This document shows positions 25,801-34,612 of a stretch of DNA of 37,344 nucleotides, in pieces (the stretch's first letter is position 1; each line of letters opens with the position of its first letter). Made by a program: the position numbers and the translations under genes. The DNA is from a virus, in IMG/VR virus record IMGVR_UViG_3300045988_115306, positions 1-37,344 of that record; one strand, written 5' to 3'. The notes under the pieces are model-generated. The model was not told the origin of the DNA and made no database searches. It saw only the letters and a list, made by a program, of their open reading frames with translations.

Positions 25801-26081
25801 CAGAGGGCGGCCTTGCTTATGGTGCTACATTCGCCCAAATCGGCGAGGGTAAATATGATGAGGCTGTATTGCCTTTATCTGATACCGTATTCGACCGATT
25901 AGGCGAGGGCATTAATCGCTCTAATGGTGGCATGGGTTCAGGTGGCGGCATTACGCTCAACGTAAGCGCTATCGACGCCGAGAGCTTTGGCTCATTCCTC
26001 GAAACACGAGGCGGCAGGGCGTTGCGTCAATTCCTTGTAAATCAAGATAGAGAATTTATCGGAACAGAGGGGACATGGTAA
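22857..26081 (+). CDS. Tape measure protein
   Basis: 1074 aa with the N-terminal tape-measure motif LTQAMAAGKLQGDEFRSIMENAPLL. Has hydrophobic central segments and a Gly/Lys-rich tract (about 24528-24645). Confidence 0.92.
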   Translation: MADSNINVRISADSSEATAAVNKVANTISSELPKSVAEASNKVAKEAAGIRAEIKSIVAQMNKGLQFAGAVTGIGLVADKIKDVAVAATQTADELTSIRSRINLINDGSQTTAEIMDKIYGAANRSRGSYIDMADSVAKLNMLAKDAFSSNDEAIAFVEQLNKQFKISGASVQEASAAMYQLTQAMAAGKLQGDEFRSIMENAPLLAQSIANEMGLSVGQLKEMSSQGLITADIIKNALLGSAEETNEKFAEIPMTFAEVGQSIQNQLIQAFQPVLEQISTIPQSGEFQALSEGVGVAIRGMAATAQGSIGLISAAFAGLRIAISTITQTVRSFGSLFITTMPRVSAAILAVVVAFTTYRAAVALCNAQTAALTVKVVAYRVAEVASATATKVHAAAMVVLRAAMAGTATVSALLTAVLAGVRGAYLAVRSGALAAAAAQRVVNLVMKANPVGLLISVLVTLVTVFATAAAAGNGFGSTLSSVFSTIVHTAVWGVNKIIEALNWLIAKLNSVGDKVAKFFGGTFTAIAQVDTISADTAQDIVNTAGDMASQVFNGLSGGGDTGLDVGGGGGGDYDTSGGKGKKGKGGGGKGSKGKDLEKEAKQIHEKILQSYLEMLGNKQELLELEYKKELDELEKSKAANANYQKDLELLNAVYAEKRIKAKQEEMTKLREIENNIRDMRKDLELNLAVKDSTGQASPMVQFTKEYTDAIDAIGDKWDKYADDFVQMDKMQQQHFIDTLKERGIKFEEVEDGRITFERQKTEELLAVHRDYSDKYLELQRTMAEEKWNIDEAMRTQDFEALQSALDAEYVATQQSYELRKELLNEYQQAVMDSHWNGQEAIWESASAGIDKLQEGISGLLQGTMSITQAFQNMGKAILKTISDSVAQWIAAQVKQAVLGKMLQSQQTAASVAAAQAQLPAWSSLAQQVSMATFGASAAAGLAAWSSSTAAGVAQATALGAVGNFGGSFGVAFNANSMPKLAEGGLAYGATFAQIGEGKYDEAVLPLSDTVFDRLGEGINRSNGGMGSGGGITLNVSAIDAESFGSFLETRGGRALRQFLVNQDREFIGTEGTW

Positions 26082-26082
26082 T

Positions 26083-26649
26083 ATGGCCGAAATAATGAAA
26101 TTTCCTAGTATTATTTCTTTGGCTTGGAAATCTACAAAGGCCCAGAAATGGGACACCAAGACAAAGACCTCTGGCTCTGGTAAGGTTCGCACTATGACTA
26201 ACTGGAAATACCCTCAATATACTATCTCTACAGAGTTCGAGGTGCTGACACCAGCACAGTATAAAGAGTTAATGGGCTTTTACTCAAAAACTCGAGGGGG
26301 TACAGTTCCATTTTTGTGGCTAGATCCAGAGGACAACCAAGAGAAAGGTATTCAACTCGGTACTGGCTCAATGGGTTCATGGCAAGCCGTGCGAAAGTTC
26401 GGCGATTTCCTAGAGCCTGTATATCACGTTGAAAACTTAACATTATACGCTGACGGCTCACCTATTCGAGCTGTTAGCGATAAAGGTGTAATCAAGCTAG
26501 CAGCAGGCCAAACAGTTGAGCCGAATGCAGTTATTACCGCCGATTATACCTATTATTGGTTCGTAAGGTTTAGAGGCGATATGACAGCCGAGTATATTTT
26601 TACAAATGTATATAAATCTAAATCATTCAAATTAGTAACAACTCGATAG
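26083..26649 (+). CDS. Distal tail protein (DUF2460, GTA g12-like)
   Basis: Contains FPSIISLAW...GKVRTMTNWKYPQYTIS...GGTVPFLWLDPED, matching the family pattern as I recall it. Confidence 0.7.
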   Translation: MAEIMKFPSIISLAWKSTKAQKWDTKTKTSGSGKVRTMTNWKYPQYTISTEFEVLTPAQYKELMGFYSKTRGGTVPFLWLDPEDNQEKGIQLGTGSMGSWQAVRKFGDFLEPVYHVENLTLYADGSPIRAVSDKGVIKLAAGQTVEPNAVITADYTYYWFVRFRGDMTAEYIFTNVYKSKSFKLVTTR

Positions 26650-26660
26650 GGGGCGCAATT

Positions 26661-27515
26661 ATGAAAGAGGTAAATGAGGTATTGCGAAATCACCTCAATA
26701 ATGACAAGTATTTCATGAGCTGCGACCTTTACGAGTTGCGCTTGCGTAGTGGCGTTACTTACTACTGGGCAGATAGCGACGCCGATGTATCCTATAACGG
26801 CCAAATCTACAAAAGCGACGGCCCTATTATCGTAAGGGACAAGATAACCACTAATAGTAGCGTAAGCGTTGATAAAATGACGGTTAGCATATCCACAAAT
26901 GAGCAAGATAAAATAGGTGGCGTTCCTATTATGGCGGTAGCTCACAATGGTGGCTTTGACGGCGCTCAAATGACGCTGAAACGAGCTTTCTTTGATGATA
27001 ACTACACCATTATAGGCGCTGTTGGTTTATTTACTGGTTTATGCGAGGTAACGCAAGGCGGCGGCCTTACCTTAAAGCTGAATGTTAAATCAATCGTGCA
27101 AAAGCTCAATATTGAATATCCAAATAGGCGGTATTATCCACAGTGCCCATTTAGCGTATATTCAAAAGAATGCGGCGTTGATATTAAACAATTTAGAAAG
27201 AGCGGTAAGGTAACAGCATTAGGCTCTGGCCCTAATTCCATACGAATTGACATACCATTTACAAATGGCTATTACACGGCTGGCGGCATAGATTGGATCA
27301 CTGGCCCATTGGCAGGGCAATCAACACAGATATTACAAAGCATTGACGGCGTAATTCTGTATATGAGCGCTCTCGAGGTAAGCCCAAGAGTCGGAGACCA
27401 ATTCTATATATATGCTGGCTGCAATAAAACACCTAGTGAATGTAAGAATAAATTCAATAACTGGAACAGAAACAGGGCTACCCCTTACGTTCCACTAAAG
27501 GAGAGCATAAGATGA
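26661..27515 (+). CDS. Tail hub protein (DUF2163 plus BR0599-type C-terminus, GTA g13 / lambda L-like)
   Basis: Contains ..CDLYELRLRSGVTYYWADSDADVSYNGQIY.. and a C-terminal CNKTPSECKNKFNNWNRNRATPYVP. Confidence 0.7.
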   Translation: MKEVNEVLRNHLNNDKYFMSCDLYELRLRSGVTYYWADSDADVSYNGQIYKSDGPIIVRDKITTNSSVSVDKMTVSISTNEQDKIGGVPIMAVAHNGGFDGAQMTLKRAFFDDNYTIIGAVGLFTGLCEVTQGGGLTLKLNVKSIVQKLNIEYPNRRYYPQCPFSVYSKECGVDIKQFRKSGKVTALGSGPNSIRIDIPFTNGYYTAGGIDWITGPLAGQSTQILQSIDGVILYMSALEVSPRVGDQFYIYAGCNKTPSECKNKFNNWNRNRATPYVPLKESIR

Positions 27516-27976
27516 ATACTTTAACGACTGGCGAAAAGATAGCTAATGCTGCGATTGAGTGGCTAGGCACGCCTTACGCCAATAATTCAATGGTAAAAGG
27601 TGCTGGCGTCGATTGCTCTTATTTGTTGGTAGCCGCCTTAGTTGATAGCGGCTTAATGAAAGCCGATAGATTGCAGATAGAAAACTACTCAAATGAGTGG
27701 CATTTACACCACTCAGAAGAGAAATATCTTAAATACGTGCAACAAGTCGCCGATGAAGTAAAAGAGGGCTCTCCGCTTGAAATTGGCGATTTTTTACTAT
27801 ACCAATATGGCCGATGTATTTCTCACGGCGCTATATATATTGGTAAAGGGTTAGTAATTCATGCTTTCGTTGATTATGGCGTGATTATCTCGAAACTTGA
27901 TGATGTACTCTTTTACGATAAGAAAGGCCGCTCACGTTTGAGGGCTGTGTATAGATATAGAGAGGAGCGTGAATAA
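27512..27976 (+). CDS. NlpC/P60 tail-associated cell-wall peptidase (lambda K / GTA g14-like)
   Basis: Catalytic Cys context GAGVDCSYLL, with downstream His residues (ISHGAIYIG, VIHA). Confidence 0.75.
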   Translation: MNTLTTGEKIANAAIEWLGTPYANNSMVKGAGVDCSYLLVAALVDSGLMKADRLQIENYSNEWHLHHSEEKYLKYVQQVADEVKEGSPLEIGDFLLYQYGRCISHGAIYIGKGLVIHAFVDYGVIISKLDDVLFYDKKGRSRLRAVYRYREERE

Positions 27977-30900
27977 TGGGCTTTTTATTCCACAGAGGTA
28001 AGAATACAACTAGCAGAGCCGATTTAATCGCAGATTTTCAAATCAATACAGCCTCATATGGCGAGGTGGTTCCAGAGATACTCGGCACTACTCGAGTAAG
28101 TGGTAATATCATAGATTATGATGATTTCACAGCTCACGAGCATAAAAATACTACTAGAACTGGTAAAGGTGGCGGTGCAAAGCACACGAACATTACTTAT
28201 ACCTACTCTGTAGCGGCCGCTATTGCTCTATGCGAGGGCCCTATCGCTGGTATTGGTAAGGTATGGCGAGATAAGGAAATATATCAATATCCGAATGAAA
28301 AAATCGAACTTACCTTATTCAATGGCGAGGCTGCTCAAACTCCGTGGCCTTATATGTTATCTAAACACCCAGAGAAAGCGCTACCATATAGCGGACTGGC
28401 TTATATGGCTGGCGTGGTTGATTTGGGCGAGCGTGGCAGTTTACCGCAATATAATTTTGAGGTATACGGAAAGCTCAGAGATACAGGCGACGGTGTAGAC
28501 GTGAACCCAGCTGACTATATCGAGCATGTGCTGCAATCAGTTGGGGCCGATGTACAAATTGAGGGTATTGAAAACTTTAGAGCCTACTGTAAGGCGGCTG
28601 ATATATTAATCAGCACACCGCCAGAGCAAAAGAGCGCTAAAGCCCAGCAGATTATTAACGATATAGCCGAGATCACTAACAGCCTTGTATTCTGGAGTAC
28701 TGACCGCCTTAAAATCGTACCTTTAGCAGATAAGCCAATAGGCACATGGACACCTGCGAACCAAATTCAATATGACTTAACGGCAGATGATTTTATCGCA
28801 GGTACAGACGGCCAGCTTATTTTGTATAAGCGAAAAGATACAAGCGAGGCTTATAACGAGGCTACAGTTGAGTTTATCAATCGTGCTAACAGCTACGAGA
28901 AAGAAACAGTATCTTTTGAGGTAGTGGCAGACGTACAAAGAAACGGCTTAAAACCTGCCTCAAAGAAAACTGCTCACTACTTATATACAAAGGCTAGGGC
29001 TCAATACTACGCTGAACAGCTCGCTATGAAACGCTTGTATGCTAAAACTCAATACACGTTTAGGCTTGATTGGGCGTTTTGTACTCTTGAGGTAGGCGAT
29101 TTAGTAACGCTCACAGATGAGGCCTGCCAATTAAACAAGCAAATTGTTGTAATTACAGCAGTAAACGAGGCAGCCGACGGCCAGCTCGAATTTACAGCCG
29201 AGGGCAAGCCTGCTGGTACTTATGCGCCAGCTCGCTATGATGTGCACGAAAGCGAGCGGCCTTTCATTGATTACAACCAAGCAGCGCCAAGCGTCAACGA
29301 TGTGGCGATATTCCAAACAGTTGGCGATGTAGGCGGTAATCAAGTATTTATAGGCGTAAATGCGCCAGCTGGTTGGGGTGGCTGCTCTGTGTGGCTATCT
29401 GACACCGACCAGAATTACAGCCGCATAGGATCCATTAGCCAACAGGCTCGCATGGGCCGCACTCGATTGGCATTCAATGAAACAGCGAACGTCTGCGAGG
29501 TTACGCTTAATCAAGGTATGCTCAAAGGCGGTACACATATAGACGCCGAGCGAGCGAATACGCTGTGTTGGGTGAATGGCGAGGCGTTGAGCTATGAGGG
29601 TGCTAATATGGGCCCTAATAATCAATTTTCATTGAGTGGCCTTGTACGTGGTCAATATGGAACTAATGCAACCAGTCATAATGCTGGCGAGCGGTTTATT
29701 CGTGTAGATGAGGCTCTTTTCCGTTATCCGTACAGAAAAGAGGATATAGGGAAAACAATATACCTCAAATTCACATCAATGAATATCTTCGGTACGAACG
29801 AGCAAGGACTCGACGAAGTACAGGCTTATCCGTACACTTTGACGCCTTATTTCATACCAGAGGTTACAGACCTCATTCTATATACGAAATACTATGAAAT
29901 CACTAATAGGGTTAAGTCATTCGATGTGGTGGCGGAGTTTAATGTGCCACACATCAACAGCCTTGATACAGTTGAGGTATGGTATAGAGAGCCAAGTGGC
30001 CAATGGAAATATGGCGGCGCTGGTGAGGGGCAAGTTATTATAAGCGGCTGCGAATTAGGCCATACATACGAGGTTAAAGCCGTTGTAAAAGATACGCACG
30101 GGAACACCTCGCAGGGCGTTACTAAGAGTATTACTGTAGAGCTAAAGAGTGAAATTCCGAACAAGCCTCTAGGTTTTTCTATTTCATTCAGCGATATGGC
30201 GCATTTTAATTGGCTCGAGGTTAGAAATGCCGATGTAGATTATTACGAGTTAAGGCTAGATTTAAACGCTGGCCAAAATGACGGCTTAATCGGCCGTAGT
30301 AATAACACCACATACAGCGGAACGCTACGCAATCGGACTGGTAAGGTATACTTGTATGCTCATAACCCAGCTAAAGGCTATGGGGCACCTGCTGAATTAA
30401 CCTATAATGTACCGCAACCTAAGCAGCCTACAAACCTAAGAGCAACAGCCAATATCAATGGTATAGGCGTTACATTCGAGGCTATTCCTGCGAGCTGTAA
30501 GGGCGCTAATGTGTATGTAGATAGTAAGGTATATTTCACTACTACAAACGCTTTAAGCATTCCTTTAGAGGCTGGTGTCTACAATGTAAAAGTATCTTAC
30601 GTTGATATATTCGGCGAGGGCCCTACTACAGAGGCTGTGAGCGTGGCGGTTAAAGCTAAAATTGATAAAGAGCTACTCGACATGGAGAGCCTCGGCCTAT
30701 CCGATATGGATAAGGCTATTAAGGCTTTAAATAATGAAGTCGGCACAGTCAAGACTAGCGTTAATGGGTTTGAAAACAAACTCATCGACCAAGCGAGTGC
30801 ATTCCAACGCTCATTGAGTGATTTAAACAAACATGTAAGCTCTCAAATCACTCAAATATCCAACGGCATTGAGCTTAAAGTAACGAATGCACTAGGAGCG

Positions 30901-31677
30901 CTAGACGGCAAAGAGCTCATAAGCCGAATTAACTTAACCCCAGCAGGCACACGCATAGACGGCAAGTTATTGCACGTTACTGGACAAGCATTATTTGATG
31001 ATAATATCATCACCAATAAAATGCTGCAGGCCGACAGCGTGAATGCAAGAAACATAAAAGTTGATAACCTAGCAACTATATCAATCAATACAGGCGACCT
31101 AACAGGTGGCTCTATTACAGGTGGCACATTCAAAAATAGTACTGGTACATTCGAAATAGATCGCAACGGCAATATTAATGGTGCTAACATCACAGGCTCA
31201 CGAATTGACGCTGCCTCAATATTCCAATCTGGCTATAAGATTAAGAATATTGACGTTCAAGTGTATAAGGTTAAGCATGGCGATTGGTGCCCTATTCCTA
31301 ATGGGTTTACAGAGGCGCAATGTACTTTTGTGCCAGTCGGATATATACAGACTGAAAGTTATTGTAATTCCAGTAATAGCGGAAGGCCTTATATTCCACA
31401 ACTTACAGATGATGGGTCTAGAAAAGCTCTTGAACGTATCTCTATGGATAAATTTAATCAGCAAAAAGCTCGCTGGACTGGTAGTTGTGATATATATTTC
31501 AGAACCAACCGCACACATAAGGTTAATATCGGCATTAAAGGTAAGCGAAAAGCGGTTGTTGAGAGCCGCTATTTAGATATGTCTACATCTGGTAGCGAAG
31601 GCAGCGTGCAAGGCTTTAAAGACGTGGAAACATATTCATATGGCGAGCTGTTTATATTAGTGATCGCTAAGCAATAA
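27976..31677 (+). CDS. Host-specificity / central tail fibre protein (lambda J, GTA g15-like)
   Basis: 1233 aa. N-terminus ..YGEVVPEILGTTRVSGNII..ITYTYSVAAAIALCEGPIAGIGKVWRD. Positioned after the K-like gene. Confidence 0.85.
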   Translation: MGFLFHRGKNTTSRADLIADFQINTASYGEVVPEILGTTRVSGNIIDYDDFTAHEHKNTTRTGKGGGAKHTNITYTYSVAAAIALCEGPIAGIGKVWRDKEIYQYPNEKIELTLFNGEAAQTPWPYMLSKHPEKALPYSGLAYMAGVVDLGERGSLPQYNFEVYGKLRDTGDGVDVNPADYIEHVLQSVGADVQIEGIENFRAYCKAADILISTPPEQKSAKAQQIINDIAEITNSLVFWSTDRLKIVPLADKPIGTWTPANQIQYDLTADDFIAGTDGQLILYKRKDTSEAYNEATVEFINRANSYEKETVSFEVVADVQRNGLKPASKKTAHYLYTKARAQYYAEQLAMKRLYAKTQYTFRLDWAFCTLEVGDLVTLTDEACQLNKQIVVITAVNEAADGQLEFTAEGKPAGTYAPARYDVHESERPFIDYNQAAPSVNDVAIFQTVGDVGGNQVFIGVNAPAGWGGCSVWLSDTDQNYSRIGSISQQARMGRTRLAFNETANVCEVTLNQGMLKGGTHIDAERANTLCWVNGEALSYEGANMGPNNQFSLSGLVRGQYGTNATSHNAGERFIRVDEALFRYPYRKEDIGKTIYLKFTSMNIFGTNEQGLDEVQAYPYTLTPYFIPEVTDLILYTKYYEITNRVKSFDVVAEFNVPHINSLDTVEVWYREPSGQWKYGGAGEGQVIISGCELGHTYEVKAVVKDTHGNTSQGVTKSITVELKSEIPNKPLGFSISFSDMAHFNWLEVRNADVDYYELRLDLNAGQNDGLIGRSNNTTYSGTLRNRTGKVYLYAHNPAKGYGAPAELTYNVPQPKQPTNLRATANINGIGVTFEAIPASCKGANVYVDSKVYFTTTNALSIPLEAGVYNVKVSYVDIFGEGPTTEAVSVAVKAKIDKELLDMESLGLSDMDKAIKALNNEVGTVKTSVNGFENKLIDQASAFQRSLSDLNKHVSSQITQISNGIELKVTNALGALDGKELISRINLTPAGTRIDGKLLHVTGQALFDDNIITNKMLQADSVNARNIKVDNLATISINTGDLTGGSITGGTFKNSTGTFEIDRNGNINGANITGSRIDAASIFQSGYKIKNIDVQVYKVKHGDWCPIPNGFTEAQCTFVPVGYIQTESYCNSSNSGRPYIPQLTDDGSRKALERISMDKFNQQKARWTGSCDIYFRTNRTHKVNIGIKGKRKAVVESRYLDMSTSGSEGSVQGFKDVETYSYGELFILVIAKQ

Positions 31678-31690
31678 TAGGGGGTGAATT

Positions 31691-32014
31691 ATGGTAAAAC
31701 ACGATTTCACTATCCATGCTGGACATGATTTCAATATCACGTATCAAGTGCCAGAGGGTAGCGACATGAACCTCTCAAGATATAAAGGCGTATGCAAGAT
31801 ACGAAAGAGGCCTAATGAGGCTGTAGTATTTGATCTGGATGCGACAATCGAAGAAAAGAGCGTAACATTCTCGCTCGCTGGCGATATATCAGCAGCAAAG
31901 CAGTTGCAGACTAAAGACTTTGTATATGACGCTTTTATTTATAACGATAGCGAGCATATCAAAATTGGATATGGCAAAATTACACTTATTCAAGATATTT
32001 CTATGCATAATTAG
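31691..32014 (+). CDS. Hypothetical tail-associated protein
   Basis: 107-aa ORF with SD GGGGGTG, between the J-like and fibre genes. Confidence 0.6.
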   Translation: MVKHDFTIHAGHDFNITYQVPEGSDMNLSRYKGVCKIRKRPNEAVVFDLDATIEEKSVTFSLAGDISAAKQLQTKDFVYDAFIYNDSEHIKIGYGKITLIQDISMHN

Positions 32015-32023
32015 GGGGTACAT

Positions 32024-33154
32024 ATGGCAGATAACACGCTAACAGTAAAATTTGATAACGAAACAGCTTTGCCTTTGCTTGAAAAAATGGGTAAAGATAT
32101 TATTTTACCTATCGTTGAGGGGGCAGGCAAAAGTGCATATGCAATCGCAGTAGCACATGGCTATACTGGCACAGAAAGCGAATGGCTCGAAACTTTAAGA
32201 GGCCCTAAAGGGGAAAAGGGCGAGGACGGCCAACGTGGTGAGAGAGGCGAACGAGGGGAGCAAGGTCAAAGAGGGCCTAAGGGCGAGGCAGGTAGTGCAG
32301 AAAAATCAGCTCAATTCTTAAAAGAGCATAATATCTGGCTCGAAGATACGAACGTAGATACAGTGCTTATGAAACTTATTGAGCTTTCTGGCTGTCATAA
32401 TAATTTCACTCCTAAATCTCTTAACTTTATCCAGCCAAAAGAGGGGGCTACTTATATTGACTTCACAGGCGAGCCGCACTACAAAATAGCTATCAATAAT
32501 GGCGAAAAACGAGAATTCCAGTCCGACAATATGCGAGTGGCTATTGATGAAAGCATGAAAGGCAATGTAAGAGTTGACTACTACGATTTAATGGATCGCT
32601 TAGTTACAACTCACGTCATTGAATTGGTTAAACCTACCGTACAAGGGCCAGACCTTGGCGAATTTGTAAGAGATGTTCAGTTGAATTCAGATTCAACAGA
32701 TTACGAATTAAGCGGTATAGGGAAAGTATATGCCAAAGGCGTGCAATTAATCCCTACTAAATTCGCCGCTCCGTACGCTAGAGAGCTATCTAGTTTATTG
32801 AGTGATATGGTAGGACAAGCTACAACAAATACATTTGTTAATATTGTTGAGGTCGATTTTACCAAAGTATCTAATATCGACAAAACAAAGGGTGTTATCC
32901 TTGATAATGTTGATTTAACTAGGTTCAAAGCCAAAGAGATTATCACGTTAAAAGTCAATAAATCACAGGTTATGACACAGGGAGCGGGGCCATTCAATCC
33001 AGATACTATCGGACAATCTGACACTATCACATTAACAAACTCGAGCATTCGTCAGCATAAAGTACAAATCAACAATTCGGAACTTACCGAATTGGAAGCT
33101 GATAAAAAATACACTTATAACTTCTCTACTGACACAATCAATAAAGTTGATTAA
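32024..33154 (+). CDS. Tail fibre with collagen-like triple-helix repeats
   Basis: Ten consecutive G-X-Y triplets ([31 protein letters not shown], nt 32201-32293). Confidence 0.8.
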   Translation: MADNTLTVKFDNETALPLLEKMGKDIILPIVEGAGKSAYAIAVAHGYTGTESEWLETLRGPKGEKGEDGQRGERGERGEQGQRGPKGEAGSAEKSAQFLKEHNIWLEDTNVDTVLMKLIELSGCHNNFTPKSLNFIQPKEGATYIDFTGEPHYKIAINNGEKREFQSDNMRVAIDESMKGNVRVDYYDLMDRLVTTHVIELVKPTVQGPDLGEFVRDVQLNSDSTDYELSGIGKVYAKGVQLIPTKFAAPYARELSSLLSDMVGQATTNTFVNIVEVDFTKVSNIDKTKGVILDNVDLTRFKAKEIITLKVNKSQVMTQGAGPFNPDTIGQSDTITLTNSSIRQHKVQINNSELTELEADKKYTYNFSTDTINKVD

Positions 33155-33179
33155 TTATTAATGATGTAAGGGGTATTTA

Positions 33180-33710
33180 ATGCAAGAATTAACAAATTTC
33201 ATGAGCGAGGCATGGCGAACTCTTACAGAGTCATTTGCCATGAAAGCCTTACTCGCAGTAATGGCAGAGGTTGGCATATATATGCTAGGGCTTAAACACG
33301 TGCAAGTGCTAGGGATATTCATTATACTGGTGTTTCTAGACCTTATCACTAAATGGGCCTCTATTAGCTATCAAATGTTACTTGATTTAGGAGCTAGCCC
33401 AGAGAATATTAGCGGTTCCGACAAATATTTAGCCATTCCAGCGGCTTGGGGTAAAGGGTTAATATCTTCTAAACATATGAGAAAGCCTTTTGTTACAAAA
33501 GTATTAACGTATTGCTTAGCTACTGCTGCAGCATGGTGCTTTGACTTCATGGCTGGAAACTATGCTTTCGCTGTTAATCTAGTATGGCTGTATCTTGGCT
33601 CTGTTGAGTTTTTGAGTATTCTCGAGAATATGCGAGACGGTGGCAACAGCACAGTAACAGGGCTATTGGATATAGTACACAATAAAATTGATATGATTCT
33701 AAAAAAATAA
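33180..33710 (+). CDS. Holin (toxin-secretion / phage-lysis holin family, TcdE-like)
   Basis: About four hydrophobic helices and the motif GSVEFLSILENMRDGG. Directly upstream of the endolysin. Confidence 0.75.
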   Translation: MQELTNFMSEAWRTLTESFAMKALLAVMAEVGIYMLGLKHVQVLGIFIILVFLDLITKWASISYQMLLDLGASPENISGSDKYLAIPAAWGKGLISSKHMRKPFVTKVLTYCLATAAAWCFDFMAGNYAFAVNLVWLYLGSVEFLSILENMRDGGNSTVTGLLDIVHNKIDMILKK

Positions 33711-33719
33711 TTAGTCATT

Positions 33720-33750
33720 GGCTGCATTCGTAAAGGGTGCAGCCTTTTAT
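33720..33750 (+). terminator. Intrinsic terminator-like hairpin between the holin and endolysin genes
   Basis: GGCTGCA pairs with TGCAGCC (7 bp, extendable with G-T pairs), followed by TTTTAT. Confidence 0.55.
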
Positions 33751-33768
33751 AATTGGGGGGTAAAAACT

Positions 33769-34158
33769 ATGAAAATTGGCGAATATTTCGACGATTACGA
33801 ATTTGCTTGTCATTGTGAACGTCATGCGGTTGATGAAAACGGCCATAATGTGCTGGATCATATCATCGACAAGCGACTTGTAGACGTATTAGACAAAATT
33901 CGTGAACGCTTGGGCGTTCCTATTACCGTTAATAGTGGCTATCGCTGCCCAGAGCATAATGCCGAGGTTGGTGGCGTTCCTAATTCCTATCACACGCAAG
34001 GCGTGGCTGCGGATATAACCTATGATGGGATAGACGTAGACTATCTCGCACAGGTGGCCGAGGAATGCGGAGCTGACGGCATAGGTAAATATTACTATCA
34101 AGACTTCGTTCATGTTGACGTGCGAGGTTATGAGGCTCGCTGGAGTGATATGGACTAA
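33769..34158 (+). CDS. Endolysin, peptidase M15A (D-Ala-D-Ala carboxypeptidase fold), single domain
   Basis: Contains SGYRCPEHNAEVGGVPNSYHTQGVAADI...VHVDVR. ATG 33769 lies after GGGGGG. The 5' extension to 33718 crosses the hairpin and was rejected. Confidence 0.85.
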   Translation: MKIGEYFDDYEFACHCERHAVDENGHNVLDHIIDKRLVDVLDKIRERLGVPITVNSGYRCPEHNAEVGGVPNSYHTQGVAADITYDGIDVDYLAQVAEECGADGIGKYYYQDFVHVDVRGYEARWSDMD

Positions 34159-34171
34159 ATAGGGGGTTATC

Positions 34172-34612
34172 ATGTATGAAAAAATTAAAACATACCTCGA
34201 AACGATTAAATCTAAGGTTACTATGCAGCGCCTTATTGCTGGTGCTATTTGTGTGCTTTTCCTCTATGGCATTGGCAGCCTCGCAAGAGGTTACTTCACA
34301 GCCAGAGCCAACTATCACCGTGCCATTGAGCGATTGGAACAGACTCAAAGGGCACTTGATGACAGCCGACGCCTCAATCGAGAACTCAACAAACTCATTG
34401 AAACAAGCCGACAGCTTAACAATGACGCAGGCGACAGAATTAAAAGAATTGAGGGTTATCAACAGCGAGAGAACGCAAGCATTGAGCGAATTGAAAGCAA
34501 TCAACGAGAAACAGGGGCAAGAATTAGCGAAAGCCTCGAACAAAATAACAGAGCAAGAGGAGAGATTAAATCAAGCCTCGAGCTCATTAGACGAATTGAG
34601 GAACGAAATTAA
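34172..34612 (+). CDS. Frame A lysis-cassette ORF: N-terminal TM plus coiled-coil, i-spanin-like
   Basis: SD AGGGGG lies 5 nt upstream. TM helix LIAGAICVLFLYGIGSL is followed by a charged heptad-like sequence. It overlaps frame B entirely. Confidence 0.5.
   Translation: MYEKIKTYLETIKSKVTMQRLIAGAICVLFLYGIGSLARGYFTARANYHRAIERLEQTQRALDDSRRLNRELNKLIETSRQLNNDAGDRIKRIEGYQQRENASIERIESNQRETGARISESLEQNNRARGEIKSSLELIRRIEERN

Noticed and set aside
31691-33154. Possible TAG read-through fusion of ORF 31691-32014 with the collagen-like fibre, which is in the same frame (333 nt apart).
   Set aside because: The fibre has its own strong SD (AGGGGGT, which contains the TAG) and an ATG 5 nt later. The frame coincidence has a one-in-three chance, and nothing requires a fusion.
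33980-34543. 187-aa minus-strand ORF spanning the endolysin 3' end and the overlapping lysis ORFs.
   Set aside because: It has no SD and its product is low-complexity and Cys/Ser/Asn-rich. The frame is open because the plus strand is purine-rich and T-poor. This is also why I temper the dual-coding claim for 34172-34715.
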